In this document: positions 38,401-49,500 of the stretch, in pieces
Layout: every line of letters begins with the position of its first letter
Numbering within the stretch: position 1 is the first letter of the stretch
Assembly: GCA_965153285.1 (NCBI GenBank)
Contig: OZ229113.1
Direction: 5' to 3' (one strand)
Length of the DNA stretch: 64,000 nt
DNA from: Podarcis tiliguerta
Taxonomy: Eukaryota
The notes under the pieces: model-generated
What the model saw: only the letters and a program-made list of their open reading frames with translations
What the model was told of the DNA's origin: nothing
Database searches by the model: none
Translations under genes and position numbers: made by a program

Positions 38401-39539
38401 AATCATATAGAATATACTGGGGTTTTTTTAACTTAAGATTTTGCACATGTGATTTAAGCTAATAACTTATTATTTTTTTAAACCACAGTTGAAGTAATCT
38501 CCTCAATGCTTCCAGAAGTGTATATAGAAAAAATGCTGGAATTTTTAGCCTCTTCTTTTGAGACATCTCGTCATTTGGAATTCTATCTAATCTGGACTCA
38601 GAAGTTGCTTATGTTACATGGATGCAAGTTAAAAACAAGGTTAGTGACCTTGGGGATAAGGGTGTGGGAAGAGGGAGAATAAGACATACTGGTATCCTGC
38701 CCTTATCTAAGAAATTTAGAATGGTTTCCCATCAGAACTGGTTGGGCCCAGATCTGCTTAGCTTTAGAAAACGAAATATCATTCTTTAGACTGTGAATTT
38801 GAATTAGCAAAATTGGTATTTGTACCAATTTTATCCCTTTAAGGTGACTGGACTGAAAATTACATTCCTAATTGCCAGGTAGCTGCCACAGTGGACAGAA
38901 CCTTAAACTGTAGGAATATTGTGTATGTGTGTGAGAGAGACATAATTTACCACTTCTGCAAGTAGTAGTTGTTTCATTGTAAGTCACCATTCACAGCTGT
39001 CTCAGTTCTTTGACACTTTGAAGTTTTGAATTTAGCCCTTTTTATTCTTAAAATGTACAGAATGATTTTTACAAACCAAGAGTTAAGTTTTTTGTTTGCT
39101 TTTGCAGGTCAGAGAAACTGCTGCCCACCATTCAGTTCCTTCAGAAGAGCATTCAGCGTCACTTTGAAGACGTTTCCAAACTGTACGTATTTTGTTCAGT
39201 TGCATTCTCTTTCAAATAATTTCTCTTCCCAGTAGAAAGAGATGACTCTGACTAGAATATTGAGCATTTCTTAATGAAATTTCCCTTCCCCCTTCCTTCC
39301 ACCTAACATCCCACATTGTATTGTGGAGAATTTTTCCTGGGATCTTCTAGGTTTGTGTGATTTTGTTCTGTCAAGTTCCTTGCCATTCACTCACTGACCT
39401 CTTCCTGTTGCCTTAAGGACCCCTGCCATTCCCAGCACTGAATTCCTTCAGGGGTGGAGTAGGTAGTTGGGGGCTGCATACTACTAGGGTTAGTAGGGAC
39501 AGCCCTGTACTCCATCCTTGAACGCACACATGCATTCCC

Positions 39540-39590
<51 letters not shown>

Positions 39591-40339
39591 CCAGACTCAT
39601 AATCTCATACCCTTAACAAACAGCGCCCAATAGCAAGCCTGCTCCAATTAGTTCAGGAAGAGGTCTTCTTTCCCATTGTCTTAATTCCACCCTTCTGGTG
39701 TGTCTTTGTGGAGATGAAAATGGGGCTTCCTCACTGGGCTGCACTGATCAGCAGAAGAGCATGGAGAAAGTGAAGCTGGGGTGGGGGAAGGGCTTGGGGA
39801 AAGTCTGGCAGGCCAGAGAGCCACCATATATCTTAGATCTGATGGTTTGTTATTTCAGCATTAGAGCATCTTGCAACATGGAGTTTACTTGCAGAAGCAG
39901 CTAGTAAGAAAGATCGTGGTTAATTAGTTGCGTGTGCCAATGAAGCATCATCAATTAAAATCCACAGACATAAACTTTCATATTGCCCAAACATAATACT
40001 TTTCATTGGCGCCATTCTCAGGTTTGCCTTGAGAAATTAAGCTATGGGTGTGTCATGTGTGAACCAATGCAAGTAGTTTGTTGCCGATAGTGGTCTGATT
40101 ATTGGCTACTTTTTATAAACATAGGAAAGCTCTTACATGCACTGCTTTGAATCTACCTAATCCCCCCCCCCCGCCGTCTTTGTTTCTACAGTTGTGACTG
40201 GAACTGTTATAACATGAAATATATTATGGCCATTTCACAACAGAGGGGTGTGAAACGTGCAGCAGAAATGTCTGAAAATGAAGATTTGGAAGACTCCAAT
40301 AATGACTCTGTCATGGAAGAATTGCCTGCACTTCCATGA
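23051..40339 (+). CDS. PWP2: Periodic tryptophan protein 2 homolog (UTP1; WD40 SSU processome UTP-B subunit), 21 exons, 2733 nt, 910 aa
   Basis: Starts MKFAYK|FSNLLGTVYRHGNL, with WD40 repeats (GHKDAIV, GHFNSMVSLAYSPDG, GHEGPISSLCFNP, SWDKTVRLWD) and a Utp12-like C-terminus. All 21 GT-AG exons join in frame. Confidence 0.97.
23749..23878. mobile_element. hAT-like MITE, same family as 11571
   Basis: ctccagatgatgttggactgcaac...gatgggagtccaaaaacatctggagggc. Confidence 0.5.
24030..24142 (+). CDS. PWP2: PWP2 exon 2
   Basis: FSNLLGTVYRHGNLNFTPDGNSLISPVGNRITVFDLK, tttcag/gtatgc. Confidence 0.95.
24571..24665 (+). CDS. PWP2: PWP2 exon 3
   Basis: NKSETLPLATQYNVACVGLSPDGNLAILVDE, cccag/gtattt. Confidence 0.94.
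24923..25022 (+). CDS. PWP2: PWP2 exon 4
   Basis: GAALLVSLISKSVIHQFHFQKPVHSVCFSPSG, aacag/gtaaga. Confidence 0.94.
25435..25578 (+). CDS. PWP2: PWP2 exon 5
   Basis: KFVVTKENVALMYHAPGKKREFNAF...DWTDDS, aacag/gtaagt. Confidence 0.95.
26140..26465 (-). mobile_element. Probable L1/Tx1 LINE ORF2 relic
   Basis: A-rich minus strand translating to ...FNNPFLKNGIIVW... with stops. Confidence 0.35.
26721..26856 (+). CDS. PWP2: PWP2 exon 6
   Basis: CFAVGSKDMSTWVFGAERW...NSLD, tctag/gtatgt. Confidence 0.95.
27355..27546 (-). mobile_element. Old tRNA-derived squamate SINE (Squam-like), related to 46680-46835 (-) and 53160-53300 (+)
   Basis: Reverse of a cagttcagc...catgcaga...ttcaatccc...tctccagatag head, decayed. 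Confidence 0.5.
27759..27988 (+). CDS. PWP2: PWP2 exon 7
   Basis: LYTVSRDGALCVWQCD...KYSCAAK, ttccag/gtaagt. Confidence 0.94.
28578..28951 (+). mobile_element. Sauria SINE
   Basis: Highly similar to 15838-16200, box B at 28645, ACCTTT tail, 12-nt internal tandem duplication. Confidence 0.9.
29088..29231 (+). CDS. PWP2: PWP2 exon 8
   Basis: YFFNKEGDFN...PEFNLIHSL, ctcag/gtaagt. Confidence 0.95.
29479..29549 (+). CDS. PWP2: PWP2 exon 9
   Basis: ISDQRIASISINSTGDWIAFGCA, cttag/gtgcgt. Confidence 0.94.
30147..30330 (-). mobile_element. CR1 LINE ORF2 C-terminal fragment
   Basis: Minus-strand translation KPYEEEWLRKLGMFS..RGDMIATFKYLKG is the CR1 hallmark. Confidence 0.75.
30629..30765 (+). CDS. 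PWP2: PWP2 exon 10
   Basis: LGQLLVWEWQSESYVLKQQGH...GGDDGK, ttccag/gtaagt. Confidence 0.95.
31278..31426 (+). CDS. PWP2: PWP2 exon 11
   Basis: VKVWNTSSGFCFVTFTEH...VRAFDLH, tttcag/gtaaat. Confidence 0.95.
31615..31665. repeat. Perfect 23-bp inverted repeat with 5-nt loop (PWP2 intron 11)
   Basis: ACAACCAAAGCCTAGGCTTCTCC-attga-GGAGAAGCCTAGGCTTTGGTTGT. Confidence 0.95.
31810..31957 (+). CDS. PWP2: PWP2 exon 12
   Basis: YRNFRTFTSPRPTQFSC...GRLLD, aacag/gtaaga. Confidence 0.95.
32738..32888 (+). CDS. PWP2: PWP2 exon 13
   Basis: VLAGHEGPISSLCFNP...ETLALNSD, attag/gtgagt. Confidence 0.95.
33614..33794 (+). CDS. PWP2: PWP2 exon 14
   Basis: LAVAFRPDGNELAVASLDGQITFWD...SAKGK, ttccag/gtaggt. Confidence 0.95.
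34948..35095 (+). CDS. PWP2: PWP2 exon 15
   Basis: SFTTLCYSADGQCILAGG...NLSLDAME, cccag/gttagt. Confidence 0.95.
35508..35616 (+). CDS. PWP2: PWP2 exon 16
   Basis: EYLDRRKMTEFG...PLPGVKR, tacag/gtatct. Confidence 0.94.
36362..36587 (+). mobile_element. Tigger/pogo-like TcMar MITE, copy 1
   Basis: TA|CAGTGGTACCTCGGGTTA...TAACCCGAGGTACCACTG|TA. Confidence 0.9.
36801..36866 (+). CDS. PWP2: PWP2 exon 17
   Basis: GDMSSRSFKPEIRVTCLRFSPT, tttcag/gtgggt. Confidence 0.94.
37781..37999 (+). CDS. PWP2: PWP2 exon 18
   Basis: GRSWAATTTEGLLIYSLD...VPYNE, tgtag/gtaagc. Confidence 0.95.
38489..38639 (+). CDS. PWP2: PWP2 exon 19
   Basis: EVISSMLPEVYIEKMLEFL...HLEFYLIW...KLKT, cacag/gttagt. Confidence 0.94.
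38723..38780 (-). other. Decayed 5S rRNA-derived fragment (SINE3-like head)
   Basis: ggtttcccatc...ctgcttagctt resembles the reverse complement of 5S rRNA. Confidence 0.3.
39108..39182 (+). CDS. PWP2: PWP2 exon 20
   Basis: SEKLLPTIQFLQKSIQRHFEDVSK, tgcag/gtacgt. Confidence 0.94.
39544..39581. repeat. (CA)n microsatellite
   Basis: Read directly from the sequence. Confidence 0.95.
40192..40339 (+). CDS. PWP2: PWP2 exon 21 (terminal coding)
   Basis: CDWNCYNMKYIMAISQQRG...EELPALP*, ctacag acceptor, TGA at 40337-40339. Confidence 0.92.
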
Positions 40340-40705
40340 ACTTTTGACAATGCTTTTTCATACATAAGTAATTTAAACAGTGGTATTCACTGAGAACTGA
40401 GCAGCCCTCATAGAGGCATATTTTGTACAGGTGATGCAGCAACATGATTGGGAGTAAGCAGGCTATTCCTTTTTGTCCTCTTGTTTCTAAACTAGCATGT
40501 AAATTCTTGATACTGCTAAATCTTAAGCTAGTCAATGTCATCAGACATTTTAGATGCCTGGGAGGAGGAGCAGGATCCATCTGCCACCAGCTGACTTCTG
40601 TTTCTGCACAGGAACTTTTAAGCTCCCTCCTTCCATTGACAGCCCTTTCTGGATTGGGAAGTCATTCAGAGTGGCATCCTGCAAGAATACATGGGGTGCC
40701 ACTGG

Positions 40706-40711
40706 AATAAA
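40706..40711 (+). terminator. Candidate PWP2 polyadenylation signal
   Basis: AATAAA ~370 nt after the stop. A second one lies at 41089-41094. Confidence 0.4.
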
Positions 40712-41159
40712 ACATAGACTTCTGGCATGCATGGAAGTATTGGAATGCGAGTGGGGGTGGATCCCAGCCATGGCTTTTTTCCTGGCTTGAGGGTAAACGT
40801 GTAAAAGTGCTGCAGTCATATTGCAAATGGTCCAATGACCTTTAGCACAATTTCATTGATATAAAATTCAAATATTAGTTGTTTATGGGGAAAAGACAAA
40901 TACTAGGACTACTGGGATCTGAGATCAACTGAATGAATATCTAGGCAAATATTTATTGCGAAGCAGCTCATTGTATGTCCCAAATAACTCTGGTCGACAA
41001 TTTCTAGAAACCAACCATGAACAAGTGATTCCAGCTATTCATAATCCATGATGTATTCGCAGATACCAACATGAGAATATGGTCGAGTAATAAAGGCATG
41101 TTCATAGCTTCACAGGTTGTCTGGAGTGCATTAAGGCATGCAGTTACTTTTATGAAGTA

Positions 41160-41385
41160 CAGTGGTACCTCAGGTTACATACGCTTCAGAGTACAGACTC
41201 TGCTAACCCAGAAATAGTGCTTCAGGTTAAGATCTTTGCTTCAGGATGAGAACAGAAATCGTGCTCTGGCGGCGCGACAGCAGCCGGAGGCCCCATTAGC
41301 TAAAGTGGTACTTCAGGTTAAGAACAGTTTTAGGTTAAGAATGGACCTCCGGAACAAAGTAAGTACTTAACCTGAGGTACCACTG
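41160..41385 (+). mobile_element. Tigger/pogo-like TcMar MITE, copy 2
   Basis: TA|CAGTGGTACCTCAGGTTA...TAACCTGAGGTACCACTG|TA. Confidence 0.9.
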
Positions 41386-42549
41386 TACTAGAAAATTACC
41401 CTGACTCCAATGTGGAAAAGTGTTGTATGTAATAATGTGGTCTCCTACGTTAAACAGCAGCATATGCTCAGCTGTTGTAGCCTGAATGTGAATCGTGTAT
41501 CACAGGATAAAGTGAACAATGTTATTTCCAAATGGTATTTTGGTGTTATTAGTTGATTGCTAGGATTTTAGCTAGATGTAGGGAGTGTGGAATATTTATT
41601 TTTATTGATCTCTATACCATCATTCACGAAACAATTCCATTGTTTTTCAAAGAAAAAATAAGAAGAGTAAGGAAAAAAATAAGAACAATAAGAACAGTCA
41701 TACCAAACAGCAGATAGAAACAGCTGCATATTTTAACTTCAGTAGGTTTTTCAAACCTTTCTCCTGGGCAGGTTATTGCGGGCAGAGTTGTTTCTTTAGC
41801 TACTTGGATCCCAAGCCACATAGCATGTTAAATGTCAGCACCAGCACTTGGAATTGTGCTTGGAAACAGGTGACATTGGTGAACTGGATGAGAACTGGGG
41901 GAAGTGATGGTGCAGTCATTCAACTATGACATATCTTATACCACATCTTTAACCTTGACTATAGGATGCAGCAACGATGCCAACTGGGTGGGTGTAGATT
42001 TAGTGAGCGGTTGTTCACATCTCAACATTTAAAAGGGTCATATGAATTGGACTTCAGTTGAATGAAAGAACAAATGAGTTATTATGTGTTGAGTTTCCTG
42101 TACCCATTGAGGCTGTTGGCTCCCAAGAAAGACACTGCTGAAATGTATTTTTCTTAGATTACTATGCGATACCCACCTTTTCCCCTTTTGGCGGGAGCAG
42201 ATCTTTCCCCACTCCTCTCCCTTAACTGAAGGGGGCAATTTGGTTTAAAGGAAAATGTTTTTCAATGCTTGAATCAAAACTCAGCATTTTACTGGTTGAT
42301 TTTACTACATTGTTGTAAAATAGTTTTGCTAAATAAGGTTTCTTTGCAAATTTTGTCGCCCAAATTTCTTCAGGCCAAGGGGTTGATGCTTGGGCATGTC
42401 CAGTTGATAAGAGTTGTCAAGCCACCCACTCCTTTGCAACGTTGTTTGAGTGTGTGCAAGTTCTTTTTTTGAACGCTTTGGGGAAATGCGTTCAAAATAT
42501 AAAAGCAAAATACGATGAGGAATTTATAAGCGATAACGGAAACTAATCT

Positions 42550-43560
42550 GTATAAAAGTGCCGCCCCCTCCGTTGCCTGCGCCTGGTTGGCCGACTGAGA
42601 GCGCCGGCCGCGCCTGCCAGCCCGAGCCAGTTCGCCCAGTGACCAACTCGGTCAGACCCTCCTTGCGAGCTCAGCCCTCTGACGTCAGTGGCGCGACAGG
42701 CCTCCTTGCCGGAGGGTGGCGCTGCTGCGCTCCTCCCGGGCCCATGCCGCGCTCGCACTGACGCCGGTGCAACGGGCTGAGCGCTCCGGTGTCGCCGTGT
42801 ATATAACTCCCTCCCCATTCGTTCCGCGGCTCGTTCCCTTCGAAGCAAAGTGGTGCGGGGATGTTGGCCGCCAGGTTAGCGGGTTGTAGGCCGCCCCTCT
42901 CGTCGCTCCGGGTGCTGAGGGAGCTCCCGGCCGCGGGGTTTCATTGCTCGGCGCAGCGTCTCCGCGGGGCCAGAGTCGCTGTGGTGAGTCCGGCTGCTAG
43001 CCGAGCGTGAGCGGATGAGCTTTCCCGTTGCGCCCTAAGGGGCGGCGGCTGCTGCTTCTCCTGCTCCTCCACAAGCGAGAGAGCTTCGTGGAAAATTACT
43101 GCCACATTTCCCTGCCACCCCCTCGGCGGCTGTGCGGCACACAGGCAGAAATGCAACAGGCTGAGCGGCAGCTGCAGCCCTGGGCAAAGCTGCCCTGCCT
43201 CCTCCTGCCTTGCTGTTAATGAAGGCACGGGGGCGCGGCCAAGGAAAAGGAGATGGCGGAGTGGAAAGTTGGCGTCCTTGGAAGGGAGGCAGTTGGTCGG
43301 GGTCGAGGGGCAGCTCCGAGAACTGCAGCCCTTCACTCGCACACTTCAGGAATGCTGGCATTGCCCCAAACAGATACCTCGTTTGGTTTCGCTTCCTTTC
43401 TGCTGCCTTTCTTTGGCTCTTATCGTAATTCTGCTCCATTCCCTACACGTAAAATTATTACAGCACAGAAGCAAGTTTCGCTGTGTTCAGTAGTGTCGAG
43501 AATTGCGGCCGCAGATCAGTACTGTATAGTAATGGCTTTCTTTGTTTATACGGTAGTTAT
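42550..43560 (+). promoter_or_regulatory. GATD3 CpG-island promoter
   Basis: GC/CpG-rich. GC box ~42561, full CRE TGACGTCA at 42680-42687, half CRE ~42760, TATATAA at 42800-42806, ATG at 42861. Confidence 0.8.
42861..42983 (+). CDS. GATD3: GATD3 exon 1 ([41 protein letters not shown])
   Basis: ATG after TATA box, gtgagt donor, composition like a mitochondrial presequence. Confidence 0.88.
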
Positions 43561-46500
43561 ATTTTATAGCGCATGCCCCCTTACATTCCGTGTTCATGCT
43601 GAAATATATAACAATATCCAGGCTCATAAAAACCATATCCAGGCTCATAAAGACTTGCTAGAGCTGCAGTGAAAAGTGAAAACCCTTATGGGTTCATGTA
43701 AGGGTCCCGAGTGAAGCATTTGGGGGAATTTGGAGAACGTTGCAGACAGTTGAGCATTAACAAAACTTCTGTGCCCTAGTCAGTGACTGACTTTGAGGGG
43801 GGAAAAGAGGTTTGGGGAAGGAAATCTTAATACAATTTACTATTGTTCCCCGGGTGTTTAGATATAGTCTATAGAAACGACGAGTTCTTATGTGGGACCT
43901 TCAAGAGTAACACTTCATCCATGAAAGTTTATGCTGCAGTAAGGAAAGCATATATGAACAGAGTCACTCTGGAAATAATGAACTGAGTTGGACAAGAAAC
44001 TACTGTTCCCTCTGTGTACGTGAACTGGGAAAAGAAATGTGACGTTGAAATCACTAGGCTGATTTTCTTTTTGCAGGTCTTATCAGGATGTGGTGTTTAT
44101 GATGGTACTGAAATCCATGAAGCCTCAGCGTAAGTGTATTTGTGTAATCATTGGGTCTCCAAATGATCAACAGTTGAATCGATTGATAAACAGTCCAATT
44201 ACGCAGGCAGTATTTCTTTGTTAGATAGCTTCTTGAGTATTTTGGAGAGTCATACTCTATCCCCCCCCCTCAATAGTTTCTACCAAGATATGAAGTAAAT
44301 TTCAGTTTAATGTTTTGCTTATTTTGCTACTTCATCTCCTATATCTATGTATTTTGTAGGATATTGGTCCATTTGAGCCGTGAAGGAGCCAGTGTTCAGA
44401 TGTATGCCCCAGATATTTCTCAGATGCACGTTATCGATCATAGCAAAGGACAGCCAGCTGAGGGTGAATCAAGGTAAGAACAAATTTTAAGACAAGCTAC
44501 ATGAATATATCTAGATTTATATTTATCCAGTGCACACATATACACATACATCTATTGATACTCTGTGGGAAGCTGGCTACCCTCACTATTTGAATTGGTC
44601 TCATCTAAACCTGTTTTCTAGATTGTCTCTCCCACTCAGAGTTATATGTAAATAGTGTTCCCAGTATTCGGATCACAGTTCTGTATATTGCCCTCAAACC
44701 ATTTGAGTTTGACTATACTTTGTTAAATACTTTACCAATAAGTTCAGTAACTTTAAATTATCAAGCTCAGGCTGTTCTTTCCTGGGGTCCTTTAATAGCA
44801 GTGCTCCTTATTTGTCTATGTAGTCAACTTTTGCTCTTCACTTTATACCTTTTTTCTTTAAGAAATGTCTTAGCAGAATCGGCAAGGATCGCTCGTGGTA
44901 AAATTGCAGATTTGGCTAAACTTGCTGCAAAGGATCATGATGCTGTGATATTTCCTGGAGGCTTTGGCGCAGCCAAAAATCTGTGAGTTCTGAATTTATA
45001 CGCTATTGCAATTGTTAAATTCCAGATAATTAGCCACTCTTAAGAGATGCTGTAGGAAAGTTATAGTTCGTTAAGAAATACAATTTTCCAGATGCGTTCG
45101 TTCAGGCTTCTTGTTTCATAAGGACAAATATTTTCATTGTGTGTTTGTTGATGCCCCAGAAAAATACACATACCATTTTTACAGCCAAATCAAGCCCCAG
45201 TCTAATGTTGAAAAACAGAATCAAAAGTTTTCTTTTAAAAAATGCCTTTTATGCTACATTGTATGGAAATCTTGATGCTGAAACTATTAAAGATAAAATT
45301 ATATACTATTTTAATGTGACATTTTATATTTGTGAGCCACTCAGATAAATATGTTAAACGTACTACGTATACAGTATGGTATAAGTACAATAATGATTAA
45401 GAAGTAATAATTATTCTTCCTGGTGGTGTTTTCTTGGCATGCTGCAATTTATGTTTAAGGGCCACTGAAATCAGTGGAACTGCATGATGGATTGCAGCTG
45501 TAGGCATTCGTTGGAGACTGAAACAATCTGTTACTTATTTGCATGCCTGTTTTCCCTTGGGAGGAGTCAAAATATTTTAAAGAGGTCTTTTAAGGCTGAG
45601 TCTGTGGGTCACTAATGGAATAAGAAAATAAACAAGGAAGCTTTATTGCATTATTGCTGCTTGAATGGAATATGTTTTCAAGCTGGCTTGGCAGCATCGG
45701 TGCTAGAATGGTTCTCATGGATTACAGAAACAGTACTGATGCCTTGTATAACTTTTGCCTTGGGAATTTTTTTTAGTGCTTCATCTTTGCATCTGTTTTG
45801 CAAGTTTAAACTTGACTTTCTTTACTAGCAGTCAATAGACTATTAAAATATTTTTTAACAATTGAAAATTACACTTGATAAAATTAATAAAAATACATGT
45901 TGTTACAGATGAAAAACACAGACTTAAAATACTAAACAATCAGGCAATCTTAAAGAGGTCCAATAGCTGTATTCAAAAACTTTGCCACTTGCTCTGTGAC
46001 TATGATTGGAACCTTGGAGCAAAATGATTATAAAAGACTCAGAGGAGCAACCAGGGAGGGAACTACATAAAGTCTGAAGGAAGGAGTGCTTCCTTCTCTT
46101 GGCTATTATCCAGCTGTTCATCTGCCAGAGAAACTGAGCAGCACAAATCTGAGAACCAAATTTCAAACTGCTCTGTGGTGGGCCATTATGTACGCCCATA
46201 GAAAGATGTTTGTGTTTACTTAATTGCCCAGTCAGCTCTGTGAGTCACTGCATGCAAATGGATCGGCAGGACAGGTGATTTAAACAACCTTCATATGATG
46301 GCTGTGCATGTATACCAAGGTGGCAAACCTTTGTCGTCCCCCCCCCCCGATATTGCTGGACTACAGCTCCCATCATACCTCAATATTGACCATGCTGGCT
46401 GGGGCTGATAGGAGCTGGAGTTGAATAGCACTCCAGGGGCCATAGCTTAGCCACCTCTGGTTCACACCAACACTAAAACAGATACCAAAAACATAGCTTG

Positions 46501-49500
46501 TATTTAGTGTTCCTGAGGAGGGAGTGGCCATATTTATTGCCCTCTTTCCTCAGTACTGAAGCAGAGGAGTGTCTTGTCTTCTGTATGGCAATAAGGCAGA
46601 GGATATTAATTGCTTTTATGAATAAATAATTCCTGCCTCACAGCCCTATTTTTTTAGGTGGGGTTGAAGGGAGGAATCTTGGAGGCTGCCTTATATTGAG
46701 TCAGCATTGTCCACACTGACTCGTAGCAGACCTCCAGAATTTAAGAATGGAGATGTTCCTGGCCTTATCTAGAGATGCTGGGGATTGCACCTGCAGCTTT
46801 CTGCATGCGAATATGATGTTCTACCAGTGAGCTAGGGCAGAAGTTGAAAGGAAATGGGGATTGCTCTCTTTCTTTGAGTAGTTTAAATTGCATTTCAAGA
46901 GACAGGGAAGGGCCTTTACTTATTTTAAGCGTGGTGTACCTCTGGGAATGTAAAATTACAATTTATGGGTCTTTCATTCTTGTGTTAAGGTCTACGTTTG
47001 CAGTGGATGGAAAAGACTGTAAAGTGAATGGAGAAGTTGAACGTGTGCTAAAGGATTTCAACAAAGCTGGGAAACCCATTGGGTGTGTAAGTTATAAGAT
47101 GGGAGTATTTGTTCATATTGTATGGAACACTACCGACCTGCCTTCGGCCCACCAGCCACAAATGTTTTGGCTGGCTGACTGCCTGGCATAACGAGGTTGT
47201 CAAGCATTGGCAGTCCACACAGGAGGTGATGGTTAGCTGCTTTCGGCCTAATGGATCACAGGTTGGGCAGGGCCTATTCAGTTGATCAGCCGAAAGAGGA
47301 GCCCTGATGGGCCAGGCATCCCATTTCCCACAGTGGCAGCATTTGGAAATCCCGCAAGCAGGACATGGCTCAAAAGGTGTGCTAGTTTCTGTACCTGTAC
47401 AGCACACCAGTGCTCCCCAGTCCAGTGTCAATCCTTTCTTTCTACCTCTTCTTTCCTTCAGACATTGTACCAACACACTTTTGTTTGAGGTCCCTGTTCT
47501 CACCTCCTTCCTGCCTCCCTGTCCTCCTTCCTTCTGCCTCCAGGCCATCTTCAAACTCGTGTTTCTTATCTTTCACACTCCTTGTCACTTCTGCTTCTGT
47601 TTTTCTGTCCTGCTAACAGCCCACAACTTTTTCAGCAACCAGATTTTATCTCCCACCTCTCTTACAGAACAGGAACAGCCAGCATAGAATTTCTAATGAT
47701 TTCTCTCTGTGTGTTTTTTTCCTTTCCTTTTCTTACGGAGAAGCATTCTGGGCAGCTGCCACAAGGAACAGAAAAGAGGCATGGGGTGGAACTGCCTAAC
47801 ATTTTCTCCTCTGGGTGTTTTCCCACTCAAGAGTGTCCTCCCCCTGTTATCGCCTGTGAGTGAGGAAACAGCTGGAGAAGGCATAATTCTGAGAGGTGAA
47901 AGGTTCAGCAATCCTGTCCCTGGACTATTTTGCCTCTCCCAAGAGCTGTTACTTTCTTTTTTTAAAGTCTAAAGTTACCTTATTCCTTTTAGGATTTTGT
48001 TGAGATTATTTTCCACCCTTGCCTTCTTTTCCTGGTTCTGTTGGACTGAAATTACCATTGCTGTGTAATGATTAATAAGGATTTTACTCAGTTTAGTATC
48101 TTTTTATTTTTGAGGGTGTGCCAAATATTTATAAGCAAAGGAACAGGGAGGTGTAGATACAATAAATCCTCACTGGAGGAACCTAAGTGAAGGTTTTCTG
48201 TCCACCTTTTTTTCAGTCTCTGCTGCATTTCACCCGTTTTGGCTGCAAAGGTTCTTCCTGGTACTGAAGTCACTGTGGGACATGAAGAAGAAGAAGGTGG
48301 TAAGTGGCCTTATGCTGGAACTGCTGGGGCCATTAAAGCACTGGGTGGAAAACACCATATTAAAGAAGTAACAATATCCTTTTTTGCTGGATGAAGGCTG
48401 AATTTAAGTGTCTTTTCCCCTCCCCTCCCTACTTCCCCCACTACTCCCAAAGATCCACGTGCTTGGAAGCAAGTTGCACTGAAACCAGTAACAGGGTTTT
48501 CTTTCTCCTTAAGTGTATATGGGTTTAAGTGTATATGGGTTTAGGAGGGTAAGTGATAAGACATCAGAGATGAACATTTTTGTACAGAATTGAAGAGCTT
48601 TCGGGAAAGCATTCTGTGATATATTTGGATTAGCTGATAAACTGCATGACCATCTTCCTTGGCTTTCCAAAAACCTGATAATTAGTTATGATACAGCACA
48701 ATACTAACCATGTCTGCTCAGAAGTACCGTATTTTTCGCCCCATAGGACGCACTTTTTCCCCTCCAAAAATGAAGGGGAAATGTGTGTGCGTCCTATGGG
48801 GCGAATGCAGGTTTTCGCTGAAGCCTGGAGAGCGAGAGGCATCGGTGTGCACCGACCACTCTTGCTCTCCAGGTTTCAGGAAGCTATCCGCAAGCCTTGC
48901 AAGCCCTGCGGGAGTTCCCATGGGCTCACAAGGCTTGCGGGCAGCAGCCTGCCGCCCGAAGCACGGGGAGCCCTCCGGAGGACTCCCCGTGCTTCGGGCG
49001 AGTGTCCGCAAGCCTTGCGCGCCCGACGGGAGGTCCCGCCGAGCGTGCGAGGATTGGGGCGGCAGCCTGCCGCCCGAAGCACGGGGAGCCCTCCGGAGGA
49101 CTCCCCGTGCTTCGGGCGAGTGTCCGCAAGCCTTGCGCGCCCGACGGGAGGTCCCGCCGAGCGTGCGAGGCTTGGGGCGGCAGCTTCCCGCCCGAAGCAC
49201 GGAGAGCCCTCCGGAGGACTCCCTGTGCTTCGGGCGCGTGTCCGCAAGCCTTGCACGCCCGACGGGAGGTCCTGCCGAGCGCGCGAGGCTTGGGGCGGCA
49301 GCTTCCCGCCCGAAGCACGGAGAGCCCTCCGGAGGACTCGCCGTGCTTCGGGCGAGTGTCCGCAAGCCTTGCGCGCCCGACGGGAGGTCCCGCCGAGCGT
49401 GCGAGGATTGGGGGGGCAGCCTGCCGCCCGAAGCACGGGGGAGCCCTCCGGAGGACTCACCGTGCTTCGGGCGAGTGCCCGCAAGCCTTGCGCGCCCGAC

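Noticed and set aside
23045-42863. PWP2 and GATD3 share GCGGGG immediately before the ATG
   Set aside because: A 6-nt match in GC-rich 5'UTRs is consistent with chance and ordinary Kozak context.
43614-43651. Short tandem duplications (also ~25680-25721 and ~48509-48544)
   Set aside because: Ordinary slippage duplications in introns with no functional context.
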